A stretch of DNA of 53,133 bases, taken from IMG/VR virus record IMGVR_UViG_3300032116_000282, positions 1 through 53,133 of that record; one strand, given 5' to 3'. Positions 15,574 through 25,655 of the stretch are shown here, one piece after another. Below the pieces are notes generated by a model. The model had not been told where the DNA came from, did not search any database, and saw only the letters and a program-made list of their open reading frames with translations. A program made the position numbers and the translations under genes. Positions within the stretch are counted from its first letter, which is position 1, and the number at the start of each line of letters is the position of its first letter. This DNA is from a virus. Its lineage: Duplodnaviria; Caudoviricetes.

Positions 15574-17739
15574 TTAGCCGTTATTGCAACGGACAACTGC
15601 TTCTCGTTCTCGTTCGTTGATTTCAACGTCCCAATAACCACGGACGCCCATACCAAGCATGTTTTCTGGAAGTTCGACAGCTTCGATGGTTGGTCGCTTC
15701 TGTCCTCGTAGATAGGTGATAGAGTATGGAGCAAAGCGGCTCGACGATGGCCACAGCAACCAGGTGGATTCCGTGCAGAACGTGGATGCAACACCACGGT
15801 TCAACAACGAAATGTTGCTCATTTGTGGGAACACCAACAGGTCCAGCTTACCGAACCAGTAGTTCTTGTCACCGGTCTTGGTGTTGGATGTCGTGTCGTT
15901 GACAATCCGATCTTGCTTCAGGATTTCCCAAGCAGCTTCTTCTCCGGAGATCGAAGTGATGAGAGTCCATCGGTCGTTGATCAGATTGACGTAGTTTGGA
16001 CCACGGTTCTCGTTGTACTGACGAGCTGCGTTGTAACGAGCAGACAGGTTAGCACGGGTGAGTGCAGTGGTGGTGAAGCTGTTGTCCGAGTTGACCCAGA
16101 AGGTTGCGGCGGCAGCAGCTTGAACCAACATCTTACGACCGAGTTTCTGGTCAGGAACAATCAAAGCTCCTTCAACCATTGCTTCGAGCATAGATGCAAT
16201 GACGCCCATGTCATCATTGATGACGTCCTTACGGCTCCAAACAACCAACTGAGCAATCGTATCAAGATCACTGAGGTACCGTTGTTCGTTTCCGAACTCG
16301 GTCATTTCGATCTTACCGGAATCTGGGAGAGTATCCCAGATGGTTCCGCCAGATGCTCGGTAGCGTTCAGTACGACGGAAGTCCTTGTTGGATTCTTCCT
16401 TCAAGTGCTTTGCAGCAAATGGTTCGTTGATGGTCCAACGATCTTCGAGAATCCAATCGGTTGACTTACGCAACAGGTTGGGCATGTCGATGGTGCTGTA
16501 ACTTGCATTCAAGAACAACTGGCGGTTGTGGTTCTTGATGGACTTGCACATCAAATCGATGTCCGAGAATCCAGTGAACCGGCGGTTGCCTTCTTGAGCA
16601 TTGGCAATGTTCAACAAGGTTTCAACCCAACCCCACTTTGGACGACTGTCAGCATTGTCGACAATTTTCTTGTCGATATACTTCGCAACGGTTTCGGGTT
16701 TGACACCGACAGCCAATGCAAAGTGAGCTGCAATCGTATCTTCTTGACTTTGCCCTTGATCAGGTTTGATGTTGGGTACACGTGGCAAACCGTTTTCCCA
16801 CATCTTAACCTTGATGCTGTTCTCGATTTGATCGAGGGATTGACCAGCTTCGTACTGCTGCTCAATGAAGTCACTTTCCTGGGGGAAGGAGTTCAGCAGC
16901 TTGGTGAGCTTAACGAAGTCCTTACGGGATGGTGCTGCATTGTGAATAGCTGGTGCTGCAACAACCGGAGTGGTGTTCTGTACAACTGGTGGTACAACAG
17001 GGGCAGATTGATCAACCGGTGGGGTTGCAGGTGGAACGGCTGAGTTTTTGATGTTCCGAGGAACTGAATTCTTGAGCATTGTAATTGCTTCCTTGTTTAA
17101 GAGATCAAATTGTGTGTCGGAATCACGGCCCGACATGGTGATTGTCATTTCTTTAAGAACAGATCGTTCTGCCACGTACATTGGCCCTTCGATTGCTCTG
17201 TTGTTAATGGTTCGTTTTTCCCCAGATTTGAGGAAAACAATGTCGCTTTCGTTTTGGATTCGAAGTCCCATTGAACCTTCAAAGGGGAATCCGTTCTTGA
17301 GAGCTTCGACTACCATTGCCTTTTCCTGGGAGGGATAGGATGTTACTCCCTTACCTTGTAAGGAATCAGCGTTCTGGGTGATGGACGTCGTATGTCCGAT
17401 TGGTGTCCAATGCTCATGGAGAATTGGAACTGATGCTTTGTGGCTGATCCCGGAGATGTTGTAGATCATTGGGGCATCAAGCCCGTAATCTGACAGATCA
17501 ACTGGAGCACCGGAGTAACCGACGAATGAAAGTTCTTTCAAGTCCGAGGCAGATTCACCAGAAGCATTATTAACTTCAATTGGACTCCTCAGATTGAAAA
17601 TTGCTTCACCGTCTTTGGGGGTAAAAGCCGCAGAAGCCATCTTACGGTTGATTTCAGTAGTGCTACTGTTCTTCAACGTCTGAGGTTTCATCTTCTGAGC
17701 TTGACGGGTCTTGACCATTTGTTTCTTCCTGTGGTTCAA
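15574..17739 (-). CDS. Prohead protease-scaffold-major capsid fusion protein
   Basis: N-terminal PILHEH..IGHT and F.GSMG protease-like motifs, Pro-rich linker, Mu gpT-like capsid domain (DFR..., INDDMG, YLRGQKRPTIE, RGYWD). Confidence 0.85.
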   Translation of the reverse strand: MNHRKKQMVKTRQAQKMKPQTLKNSSTTEINRKMASAAFTPKDGEAIFNLRSPIEVNNASGESASDLKELSFVGYSGAPVDLSDYGLDAPMIYNISGISHKASVPILHEHWTPIGHTTSITQNADSLQGKGVTSYPSQEKAMVVEALKNGFPFEGSMGLRIQNESDIVFLKSGEKRTINNRAIEGPMYVAERSVLKEMTITMSGRDSDTQFDLLNKEAITMLKNSVPRNIKNSAVPPATPPVDQSAPVVPPVVQNTTPVVAAPAIHNAAPSRKDFVKLTKLLNSFPQESDFIEQQYEAGQSLDQIENSIKVKMWENGLPRVPNIKPDQGQSQEDTIAAHFALAVGVKPETVAKYIDKKIVDNADSRPKWGWVETLLNIANAQEGNRRFTGFSDIDLMCKSIKNHNRQLFLNASYSTIDMPNLLRKSTDWILEDRWTINEPFAAKHLKEESNKDFRRTERYRASGGTIWDTLPDSGKIEMTEFGNEQRYLSDLDTIAQLVVWSRKDVINDDMGVIASMLEAMVEGALIVPDQKLGRKMLVQAAAAATFWVNSDNSFTTTALTRANLSARYNAARQYNENRGPNYVNLINDRWTLITSISGEEAAWEILKQDRIVNDTTSNTKTGDKNYWFGKLDLLVFPQMSNISLLNRGVASTFCTESTWLLWPSSSRFAPYSITYLRGQKRPTIEAVELPENMLGMGVRGYWDVEINEREREAVVRCNNG

Positions 17740-19132
17740 GAATGTTTGCTGCTGCTGGTGTTCGACCTGTTAGTAGAATCTGACAGAGATCTGAGTATTC
17801 TATTTCTAACAGTTCTGCTTCACGTTGCAATTCTCGTCGAGGGTTACGTCCTCGTTCAGTATAGTATCTTACGAGAGTCATTGCACCGGTCGAAAGATCA
17901 GTAGCTGTCGAATTACTGATTTTCTGGGGATCGGGATGGTTGAATACTTGAGAATAACTCAAGGAATACAACAATCCTTCTTCATCGATAAATCGCCGAG
18001 TAACAGGAGTTAAGTAACCCTGTTGTTGTTTTGCTCCTTGTAACCACAACCGAATTAGTTGATGGATAGCTGGGGAAAAATCTTCTCGGTCGATCAATAC
18101 CGTGTTCTTCCAAGGACCGAAGTCTACCTGGGAGGATGCCATGTTGTGCTTGCTACTGTTTCCAGTTGCAAGGTTTAGTGGCATGTTTACACATCGTGCG
18201 GCAGCACCTACCATAGCGTCAAGTGCTGATGTGTCATCGGTGGTCAATCCAGAATAGGATAGTGCTTCGAGCGTTGTTCCTGGAGGAAGGGTTGGTACCA
18301 TCCCTGGTTCGTACTCAAAGTTTCCTTCTGGCATACCAACTGCTTCTGCTGCGTCTTTACCCCAGATGTTGGGATCAAGTCTAAGAGCCATTGGTATACT
18401 AGCTCTGAATTCAGCAGAACGGATGATTGCGTCTAGGTATCTCTTTACACTAGGAAAGATACACATTGCCGGAGAACATTCTGGTATACCGCAGATCTGA
18501 TCTTCGTACTTGTTCTTCCACCAAAGGATGATGTCTTTGACTTTGTACTGTTCTTCAGTATCAAAGCAAATCTCCTCGGGTTCCCAGTTCTTGTTGTAGT
18601 AGATACCATCAACCCAATATGGGTCCCCCGCCGCATTCCTGGGGGATTGGAGTTTGATGGAAGATACTACTCTCAGTCCGAGTTTTACTTCATGACTGGT
18701 TGTCGACTTGTACGGGATTCCAATTCCAATCCCTGTTCGTGCGGCCGCTCTTCGTAACAAGCGGATACTTGAACCAATACTATTTTCTTGGCAGAACTTA
18801 ACCCATTTGTCCTCGATGTCGGTATTGACATTAGGATTAGAGGCTCCACCAATGAGCACAGGGCTGGGGCCAACACAATCGTTAGCAAGAGTATTGAGAA
18901 TTCCATGATAGTGACTTCCTTCTGTGTCTTGTTCAACCGAAACTGTGACTAGTTTTCGACGAACCCAAGGATGTCGAATAGCTATATTGAATTTGTCCCT
19001 AGGAATCTCGTTGAATTGTCGTCTATTGCTAGGAAGTGCATTACCAAAGAATCTGTTCCAGAGTTTTTGCAGTCTATTCACAGCAGCCTTCTTCCGGAAA
19101 GATAGGACAATTGCAGTTATGCTTTGGAACAA
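17663..19132 (-). CDS. Portal protein (lambda-type)
   Basis: 489 aa with GIPEC.P, PGMVPTLPPG, N.S..N.AS and DP.K..S motifs; directly upstream of the capsid gene. Confidence 0.85.
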   Translation of the reverse strand: MFQSITAIVLSFRKKAAVNRLQKLWNRFFGNALPSNRRQFNEIPRDKFNIAIRHPWVRRKLVTVSVEQDTEGSHYHGILNTLANDCVGPSPVLIGGASNPNVNTDIEDKWVKFCQENSIGSSIRLLRRAAARTGIGIGIPYKSTTSHEVKLGLRVVSSIKLQSPRNAAGDPYWVDGIYYNKNWEPEEICFDTEEQYKVKDIILWWKNKYEDQICGIPECSPAMCIFPSVKRYLDAIIRSAEFRASIPMALRLDPNIWGKDAAEAVGMPEGNFEYEPGMVPTLPPGTTLEALSYSGLTTDDTSALDAMVGAAARCVNMPLNLATGNSSKHNMASSQVDFGPWKNTVLIDREDFSPAIHQLIRLWLQGAKQQQGYLTPVTRRFIDEEGLLYSLSYSQVFNHPDPQKISNSTATDLSTGAMTLVRYYTERGRNPRRELQREAELLEIEYSDLCQILLTGRTPAAANILEPQEETNGQDPSSSEDETSDVEEQ

Positions 19133-19301
19133 CTCTTGTCCAACCGAAGTTGCTCAAAGATGGTTTCTTTGTGGACTGTTGGTTAGATGCAGCCAACAGA
19201 TCACGGAGTTCAAATTGTTCGACTTCGGTCTGTGGAGTTTTAACTCTCTTAGGACCAAGAGCTTCTTGGATTTCTTGGAGCTTGGTGATATCGATTGTCA
19301 T
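19074..19301 (-). CDS. Small head-completion protein (gpW-like position)
   Basis: 75 aa immediately upstream of the portal; C-terminus is Cys-rich. Confidence 0.55.
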   Translation of the reverse strand: MTIDITKLQEIQEALGPKRVKTPQTEVEQFELRDLLAASNQQSTKKPSLSNFGWTRVVPKHNCNCPIFPEEGCCE

Positions 19302-19303
19302 GA

Positions 19304-19948
19304 TTATGGACCAGGAAATGTAAGGGTTGCTGCGTGTCGTTGGACTGCTGGACCCGATATCCAGACATAACCATCACTAGTACGTCTTAGTGACCATGTA
19401 CCGCACCTTCTTCCCGTCTGGGAGGGGACTGGAGTAAGGATGACAGTTGCGGTGTTGGTAGTGGATGTGATTCCGGTGATTTCTTTGAGTGTAATTCCAT
19501 CTTCGTCGTTTAAGATGAAAGTCATCGGATTGCCGTCGAATACACCCGTAGTCATAGTCAGGGTGTATGTTCTGGTTTCTTCATTGAAGTAAACAAATGT
19601 GTTCTGAGTAACAATCGATGGATCGAGATTCAGGAACGCTTCTGGTGTTAGTAGAATGTTTGCTGCGTTAGTTAAATATCTACGATGTTCAACAGCAATT
19701 ACTTGTGCACCAGAAGTAGTTGACTCAGGGAAGAAATCAGCGGTGTCTCCGTTGTTCTCAGAAGCCAATACATTAAACAGATAGTACCCATCTTCCATTT
19801 CAGTTGGATTCGTGTCTGCTAAAGCTGTACGTGCTCCTCCGTCCAATGACACCTTACAAGTGATGTTTGCAGCATCAGCTAGTACAGGTGCATTGGTAAA
19901 TCTATTGAAAGCAAATACTTTTAATGTACCGGCTTGGTTCTTGTACAT
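19304..19948 (-). CDS. Putative virion structural protein
   Basis: Thr-rich, beta-sandwich-like; in the late operon. Confidence 0.6.
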   Translation of the reverse strand: MYKNQAGTLKVFAFNRFTNAPVLADAANITCKVSLDGGARTALADTNPTEMEDGYYLFNVLASENNGDTADFFPESTTSGAQVIAVEHRRYLTNAANILLTPEAFLNLDPSIVTQNTFVYFNEETRTYTLTMTTGVFDGNPMTFILNDEDGITLKEITGITSTTNTATVILTPVPSQTGRRCGTWSLRRTSDGYVWISGPAVQRHAATLTFPGP

Positions 19949-19966
19949 CGGCTCTACCCACCGTTC

Positions 19967-20380
19967 TTACGTGATTGTCAAGACACCGTTAGCACCGTCG
20001 AAGTCGATGGTGAATGTTTCACTGCTTGCCAGTGAGATACTGGAACCGTAATCATACCAACCGATCAATGGATCTGCTGGGGAGGTTGGCGTGTCATTAT
20101 AGAGGACCACGTAACGGAACGGACCAACAGCACCAGTGGCTGTGAGTACCAAGTCATTACAGGTAAGTTTGTACACACCTGCCGTGTGAGCCGAACTTGC
20201 CGTTGTGACGTTTCGAGACGAAAGGTTCGTGTACGAAATTTGGGAGATGTCGGTGAGAATGGTATTTGTATTCACTGGAACCGTGTTTGTCAAAGCAACG
20301 ACCAATTGGCCCGTTTGGAGGTTGTGAACCCCTTCTGCAATGTGCTCGACGAATACTTGGAATTTGTTGAACGCTGCCAT
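19967..20380 (-). CDS. Putative virion structural protein
   Basis: VALTN..P, FRYVVLYNDT and LIGWYDYGS motifs of a kind I recall from phage virion proteins. Confidence 0.7.
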   Translation of the reverse strand: MAAFNKFQVFVEHIAEGVHNLQTGQLVVALTNTVPVNTNTILTDISQISYTNLSSRNVTTASSAHTAGVYKLTCNDLVLTATGAVGPFRYVVLYNDTPTSPADPLIGWYDYGSSISLASSETFTIDFDGANGVLTIT

Positions 20381-20383
20381 GAA

Positions 20384-22252
20384 TTATGATCCTATGAGAA
20401 ACAGATAATAGTAGGGACTTGGAAAGACTGTTGTTGAAGTGTACAGATACGTTTCTGTACCGTTCAAATTGTAAGTTCGTCGATCACAAACAAGTATCGA
20501 CGTTTTTCGTAACCCAGTTGGTATTCCCGAAACAATGTAACTTACTGTATCGGCAGGAATCAATCGACCACGTAGTAGATTGTTGTTTACTCCATTGACA
20601 GAGTATGTTCCTGTGTCCGCATTCATCCTGGTGGGAGGAATGAAGTCGATTGCTATACCAACTAAACTGTATGTACCTAACTCAGCGGATAACGCACGGG
20701 TTCTATTGAGATTAGCAGCAATACCTGTTAGGGTATATGTTGCTAGATCAGCAATCACAGCTTTATTATCATACAGGTTTGATGCAATACCTGTTAGAAC
20801 AAAGCTACCTACACTTATTGGTAAAGTATAAGCATGAACAAACTGTGTGTCTATTCCAGTTAAGGAATATGTTCCACTATCTGCATCAAGTACACGGTTA
20901 TCAAGTAAGTTAGCTGCAATACCTGTGGAAACAAATGTCCCAAGGTCGGCTGCAATTACTTTGTTGTCAAGTAGATTAGCGGGAATTCCTGATAATGAGT
21001 ACGTGACGGGGTCCGCTGTCATCCTGGAGGGAGCAACTAGGTTGGTGGTGATTCCTGATACAGTGTATGTACCAAGTTCAGCTACCAGTCTGTTGATCTT
21101 ATTCAGTCCAGCAGCATTTCCTGTGAAGGTGTATGCTACTGGATCTCCAGGGATTCCCTTTAGGTACTGGAAGTTTGCTGCTATACCAGTTGTAACAAAA
21201 GTTGCTACTGATATTGGCAGTGGGTGGTCCCAAACAAAGTTAGTAGGAATTCCTGTGAGGGAATAACTACCAACATCAATCGGAATCAATTTGTTATCTA
21301 GTAGATTAGCAGCAACAGTTGTTGTTGTGTAACTGGTTTGGTTTGCTACAAGTAATCTATTAGAACCGACGGTGGTGGCTGGTCCAGTTAGGACATAGAC
21401 ACCTGTTTCTGCTGCTAGACGATTCGGGAATACAAGATTAGTATTTGTTCCTACTAAACTGTACGTCGCTGTGTCTGCTGCTATCTTTGGGATCTTAGTC
21501 AGGTTGGCTGCAATGCCAGTTAAACTAAAGGTTCCCAGATCAGCGGTGATGGCTTTGTTGTCAAGCAGATTTGCAGCAATGCCCGCAAGAGCATATGTTG
21601 TGAAATCAGCAGCAACAAACTTATTGTTTAGTAGGTTTGCATCAACTCCAGTCAATGCAAATGTTACTAGATCAGCAGTGAGTTTAGCTGGTTTGACTAG
21701 GTTAGCTGCAATACCAGTTAACGAGAACGATGCTGTGTCAGCGGTTAATTTACCGGACCCAATTAGGGTAGCATCAATTCCAGTTAAGGAGTATGTTCCT
21801 AGATCAGCCGTAACTACTTTGTTGTCAAGTAGGTTAGCGGCTATTCCAGATAATGCAAATGTTCCTAAGTCAGCAGCTACTCGTCTACCGAACAGGGTGT
21901 TGACGTTTATGCCAGCTAGGACATACGTGGCCGTATCTGCTGTTAATTTACCAGATCCAATTAAGGTAGTGTCGATACCTGTTAAGGAATAGGTAACTAA
22001 ATCAGCGGTTATCTTTCTACCCAATAAAGTGTTAGCATTTATGCCAGCAAGGGCATATGTTGCTAAATCCGCAGGGATTACTTTATTATCAAGTAGATTA
22101 GCATTTTGACCTGTTAATACATAGGTCGCTGTGTCAGCAGTTAATGTATTCCCAGCAGCAGCAAGTCCACCTACTGGGTAGAATCGACCAGGAGTGTAGT
22201 AACTTGCTCCCGCCGAAGCGGTTGTTGATCCGCTTAACAGCGTAAGTAACAT
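20384..22252 (-). CDS. Repeat-rich fibre-like virion protein (~25-aa repeats)
   Basis: More than 20 copies of ADxGTYxLTGIxANL-like units. Confidence 0.8.
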   Translation of the reverse strand: MLLTLLSGSTTASAGASYYTPGRFYPVGGLAAAGNTLTADTATYVLTGQNANLLDNKVIPADLATYALAGINANTLLGRKITADLVTYSLTGIDTTLIGSGKLTADTATYVLAGINVNTLFGRRVAADLGTFALSGIAANLLDNKVVTADLGTYSLTGIDATLIGSGKLTADTASFSLTGIAANLVKPAKLTADLVTFALTGVDANLLNNKFVAADFTTYALAGIAANLLDNKAITADLGTFSLTGIAANLTKIPKIAADTATYSLVGTNTNLVFPNRLAAETGVYVLTGPATTVGSNRLLVANQTSYTTTTVAANLLDNKLIPIDVGSYSLTGIPTNFVWDHPLPISVATFVTTGIAANFQYLKGIPGDPVAYTFTGNAAGLNKINRLVAELGTYTVSGITTNLVAPSRMTADPVTYSLSGIPANLLDNKVIAADLGTFVSTGIAANLLDNRVLDADSGTYSLTGIDTQFVHAYTLPISVGSFVLTGIASNLYDNKAVIADLATYTLTGIAANLNRTRALSAELGTYSLVGIAIDFIPPTRMNADTGTYSVNGVNNNLLRGRLIPADTVSYIVSGIPTGLRKTSILVCDRRTYNLNGTETYLYTSTTVFPSPYYYLFLIGS

Positions 22253-22273
22253 AGCTACCTCGATCCGTGGTTA

Positions 22274-22915
22274 TTAGACTGGTACTTCTTCCCACATGAG
22301 GGAGCCAATCCAAGTTGCTGACGTTAGAGCAGCAGAACCGCCCAATGCAGCGTAACTTCCTGGGGGGATGATGACTGCTCCGTCGAGATCAACCACACCG
22401 TTAGATACAAGTGCTACACCTGCTGCTGTTGCCCAGTAGTATGCTGCAAGAGGAATGACGTTGTTTGCTGCTGATCCTGAAGTCAAAGCGACGTTTCGGA
22501 AGCCGGTCATTACTGAACCGGATTGCAGTTGTGTACCCATGTTCCAAGGTGCAGTTGTGGTTGCTTGGGTAATTGCAGCGGTAGTTCCAAAGTACAACCC
22601 AAAGGTGGCTGTACCAGCAGCAGAAGCTGCAACTACGTTAGCAACCGATACTTTGTTAATGACTGCGTTCTTGCCACTTCCTGAGGGATTGAACAGGCAG
22701 AGCATTGGTGTACCGGCAGCAGCACCAACGTAAGCTGTGACCGCTGCTGCGGTTGAAACGGACAATAAGAAAGCGTTACTACGATACGTGGTTTCGTAGT
22801 AAGTTCCGTGAAGTTGACTGGTGATTGCATCACCGAGTTGTCCGGCACGAGCAGTTACAGGAGCACCAACACCAAGTGAAGGTGTCGGTCCAACAAGGTT
22901 CTGTAGAAAAGCCAT
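22274..22915 (-). CDS. Putative virion structural protein
   Basis: Ala/Gly/Thr-rich, 213 aa; late operon. Confidence 0.6.
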   Translation of the reverse strand: MAFLQNLVGPTPSLGVGAPVTARAGQLGDAITSQLHGTYYETTYRSNAFLLSVSTAAAVTAYVGAAAGTPMLCLFNPSGSGKNAVINKVSVANVVAASAAGTATFGLYFGTTAAITQATTTAPWNMGTQLQSGSVMTGFRNVALTSGSAANNVIPLAAYYWATAAGVALVSNGVVDLDGAVIIPPGSYAALGGSAALTSATWIGSLMWEEVPV

Positions 22916-22924
22916 GATAGTTCC

Positions 22925-24472
22925 TTAGATGAAAGCGAAGTTCAAAATGAGTGTTGGGGCAGAACCAAAAGTGGTGTTGTCGTTATTAGCAGAACCAGCG
23001 GTGAATGCTGCAGCAATACCGGTACTAAAGTACATACCACCATCCGGTAATGGAATCATAAAGTTACCTACCGCCCCAGGAATGGCATAACATTGAACGT
23101 CAGTAGTACCACCTAGTGTGACAGCGGTTGCATTAAAGATGTGGAGAAATGCAGCAACTGTTCCAGCATTGCTAACATTTAGCATTGTCAATCGTCCAGC
23201 TCCAGCTTTGATTGATATAGAAGCTGGTGTTGTTACGTTCTGGTTTCCTCTTCCAAGAGTTTGACCGTTAGTAACAGTGGATGATCCAAGGACTACACCG
23301 CCACTGCTAGCATCGGTTAGGATTCTTCGTGTGTTCGTTCCGTCCCATCCACCTACTGGTACAGGGTGGGCTGTTGGAGCAGCACCGACTGCGATGTTAC
23401 CACCTACAGACTGAACACCGTTGACACCTCCGTTAACCACAGCTTGGCCACCGAACTGTGCCATGTTGATCGCAGCGTTAGTTTGTATAGTCACAACTGG
23501 ATTGCTTGCTGGGAAAAATGCCGAAAAGTTCTTCAGCACTGCAATTGCAATTGGGATGCCTGTTCCAGCAGTAGTAACCTGTGCCCGAAAGTATCTTCCA
23601 GCAGCGGGAATGACCCACTGGCCTACTGCTGTTGCTGTACTAGTTGGACTAGCACCACCCGCAGTAGGCCAAGCGTATGCATTAGTCCAGGATGTCAGGT
23701 CATTGGATACTTGGAACGTGATCGTGCCGGTGAACGTACCTTGAAGTTGGAGCAGGACAGTTCCGTATCCAGTCGTGTCTACAATTAGGATTGGTCCAAC
23801 CGTAGCAGGGTTACGAGATCCTTGGAATACTGTACCATCTGCGGGGACCACCCCTCCTCCTGGGGAGACTGCTATAGGTGTGATATATCCTGCTGGAGAG
23901 GTTCCAGATACAGGCATCTTGAGTCCTGGGTCAGCATCGATCAAGTATGAATCTGTACGGTTGATCGGTGACTTGGAGGACCGTAGTGCGTAGGTTCCAC
24001 TTACTGTTCCTTTGAATGTTGGAGCAGTAACAGCACGAAAGTATCTTGCAACAACTTGAACCACGAATCTATCTGGGGAGAAGATTGTATCGACTAGGGT
24101 GTTGTCAGCATTGGTTGATTGTGCTGCACAAGCAAACCAAGTAGTACCATCCATACTAGCTTCAAGTCCGATACCTCCAGACCATAAGCCAGTCAACTGT
24201 AGTTGTATGGTTTCTTCGTTTGCTGTATCGATTGCTGTGAACAGAACAGTAGATGGAGCAGTGATTGGACCGAATGCGGTTCCTACAGATGGATCGGCAT
24301 GATATGTCGGCAATGGATTGGTAGAAAGTTCACTGAGTGTCTTGCTACCTTCTGCACCGGAGACATGGACCAGTCGAACTAGTTGTACCTTGGTTACGTC
24401 ACCGGAGTATGTTACTTCATCACAAGCAACCGCCGCCCCACTTCCTGGGGTATACCCTACGTTGTCTGGCAT
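22925..24472 (-). CDS. Multi-domain putative virion fibre / adhesin protein
   Basis: Internal duplication (QLQLTGLWSG..EASMDGTTW vs LLQLQGTFTG..QVSNDLTSW); C-terminal domain resembles 29800..30132. Confidence 0.65.
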   Translation of the reverse strand: MPDNVGYTPGSGAAVACDEVTYSGDVTKVQLVRLVHVSGAEGSKTLSELSTNPLPTYHADPSVGTAFGPITAPSTVLFTAIDTANEETIQLQLTGLWSGGIGLEASMDGTTWFACAAQSTNADNTLVDTIFSPDRFVVQVVARYFRAVTAPTFKGTVSGTYALRSSKSPINRTDSYLIDADPGLKMPVSGTSPAGYITPIAVSPGGGVVPADGTVFQGSRNPATVGPILIVDTTGYGTVLLQLQGTFTGTITFQVSNDLTSWTNAYAWPTAGGASPTSTATAVGQWVIPAAGRYFRAQVTTAGTGIPIAIAVLKNFSAFFPASNPVVTIQTNAAINMAQFGGQAVVNGGVNGVQSVGGNIAVGAAPTAHPVPVGGWDGTNTRRILTDASSGGVVLGSSTVTNGQTLGRGNQNVTTPASISIKAGAGRLTMLNVSNAGTVAAFLHIFNATAVTLGGTTDVQCYAIPGAVGNFMIPLPDGGMYFSTGIAAAFTAGSANNDNTTFGSAPTLILNFAFI

Positions 24473-24927
24473 TATTGCATTCCTAATCTGGAATCGTACA
24501 TTGCTTGTGTTACGTCGTCAGCATTGATTATAGGCCGACGAAGTGACAGTGATTTGAGTGCAGTGTTTTCTTCTGTGGTGAATAGACCACCAACCGTAAG
24601 TCCATCAATGAGAGTCAACACGCCAGGATCACCAAAGTCAACACCACCATTGTTTGGTTCAAGCCATTTCAAGAATCGTTTGATGATTGTTGAATGTGTT
24701 TGTCCTGCAACAGCATATCCTTCTAGTTTTTGCAAGATTGTTTCGGCAACTAAAGGACCAAGAGATTTGTACAATCCTCGGTCAGTGAGTTGTTCAATGT
24801 TCATGTTGACTAGATCAGCGATCTCCATGCATCTAACTGCACAGTTTGCATCGTCTCCTACGCTTGCTAACTGTGTTGCATGCTCGTCAGAATCAATCAG
24901 TGCTTTTAGTGCTTCTGGTGTCATCAT
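24472..24927 (-). CDS. Hypothetical protein (possible fibre chaperone)
   Basis: 151 aa, translationally coupled to neighbours. Confidence 0.55.
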   Translation of the reverse strand: MMTPEALKALIDSDEHATQLASVGDDANCAVRCMEIADLVNMNIEQLTDRGLYKSLGPLVAETILQKLEGYAVAGQTHSTIIKRFLKWLEPNNGGVDFGDPGVLTLIDGLTVGGLFTTEENTALKSLSLRRPIINADDVTQAMYDSRLGMQ

Positions 24928-25655
24928 TGAACTCCAATAATTGGTATTGCTGCTGCGTCAGTTGTTAGCGTCTTGGTAAAGTGAGTTGTTGATCCGTTGG
25001 TTCGTTTGATGGTTAGTGTTCCACCAGAGATTGACCATTCTAACAGAGCTAGGATAGCTGTCGCTAACGTGTGTTCTCCTGTTGTCGCTTCTACGTTAGA
25101 TACGTTGCGGGTAAGGATTCCGTCAGCAATTTCATTGATAGCGGTTAATGCTAAAGCTGTACTATCAATAGCATTAGGGGCAAATTTAGATGAAGTAAAA
25201 CTACCGTCAGCAATAGTAGTCAACGGATAATCAGAAGGATCTGCTTGTACGGCTTTATCGAGCCATCTTTGAACATCAACTGGCTGAGTTGCAGTTTGAT
25301 AGTCAAATGCGTCTAGTTCGAATTCTAGTAGAACTGGAAGCATATTTGTAACACCTCGTAGTCGGACTTGTGCCCAGGTTTTGCCTACCGCAATTGCGGT
25401 GTTAGGAATACCGATCTCAATTGCCCCAGTTACAGAACCATCAGCCACAATGCCACCGGAAGTAAATGTTCCTAGAGTTCCGGCAACCGGTGTCACCGTG
25501 GTCCATGTCGATTGATTTTCACGCCGATACTCGAATACAAGACCAGACGATGCGTGAGTGATTGCAAGACCACCACCAGTTGTGCTGGAAGTGTCCTGAA
25601 CAAATACTGGGAGCGTCAAGGATGTTGTACCGGCTTTGATTTTTCTACGTGCCAT
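24924..25655 (-). CDS. Putative virion structural protein
   Basis: Thr/Gly-rich, 243 aa; coupled to neighbours. Confidence 0.6.
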   Translation of the reverse strand: MARRKIKAGTTSLTLPVFVQDTSSTTGGGLAITHASSGLVFEYRRENQSTWTTVTPVAGTLGTFTSGGIVADGSVTGAIEIGIPNTAIAVGKTWAQVRLRGVTNMLPVLLEFELDAFDYQTATQPVDVQRWLDKAVQADPSDYPLTTIADGSFTSSKFAPNAIDSTALALTAINEIADGILTRNVSNVEATTGEHTLATAILALLEWSISGGTLTIKRTNGSTTHFTKTLTTDAAAIPIIGVQ

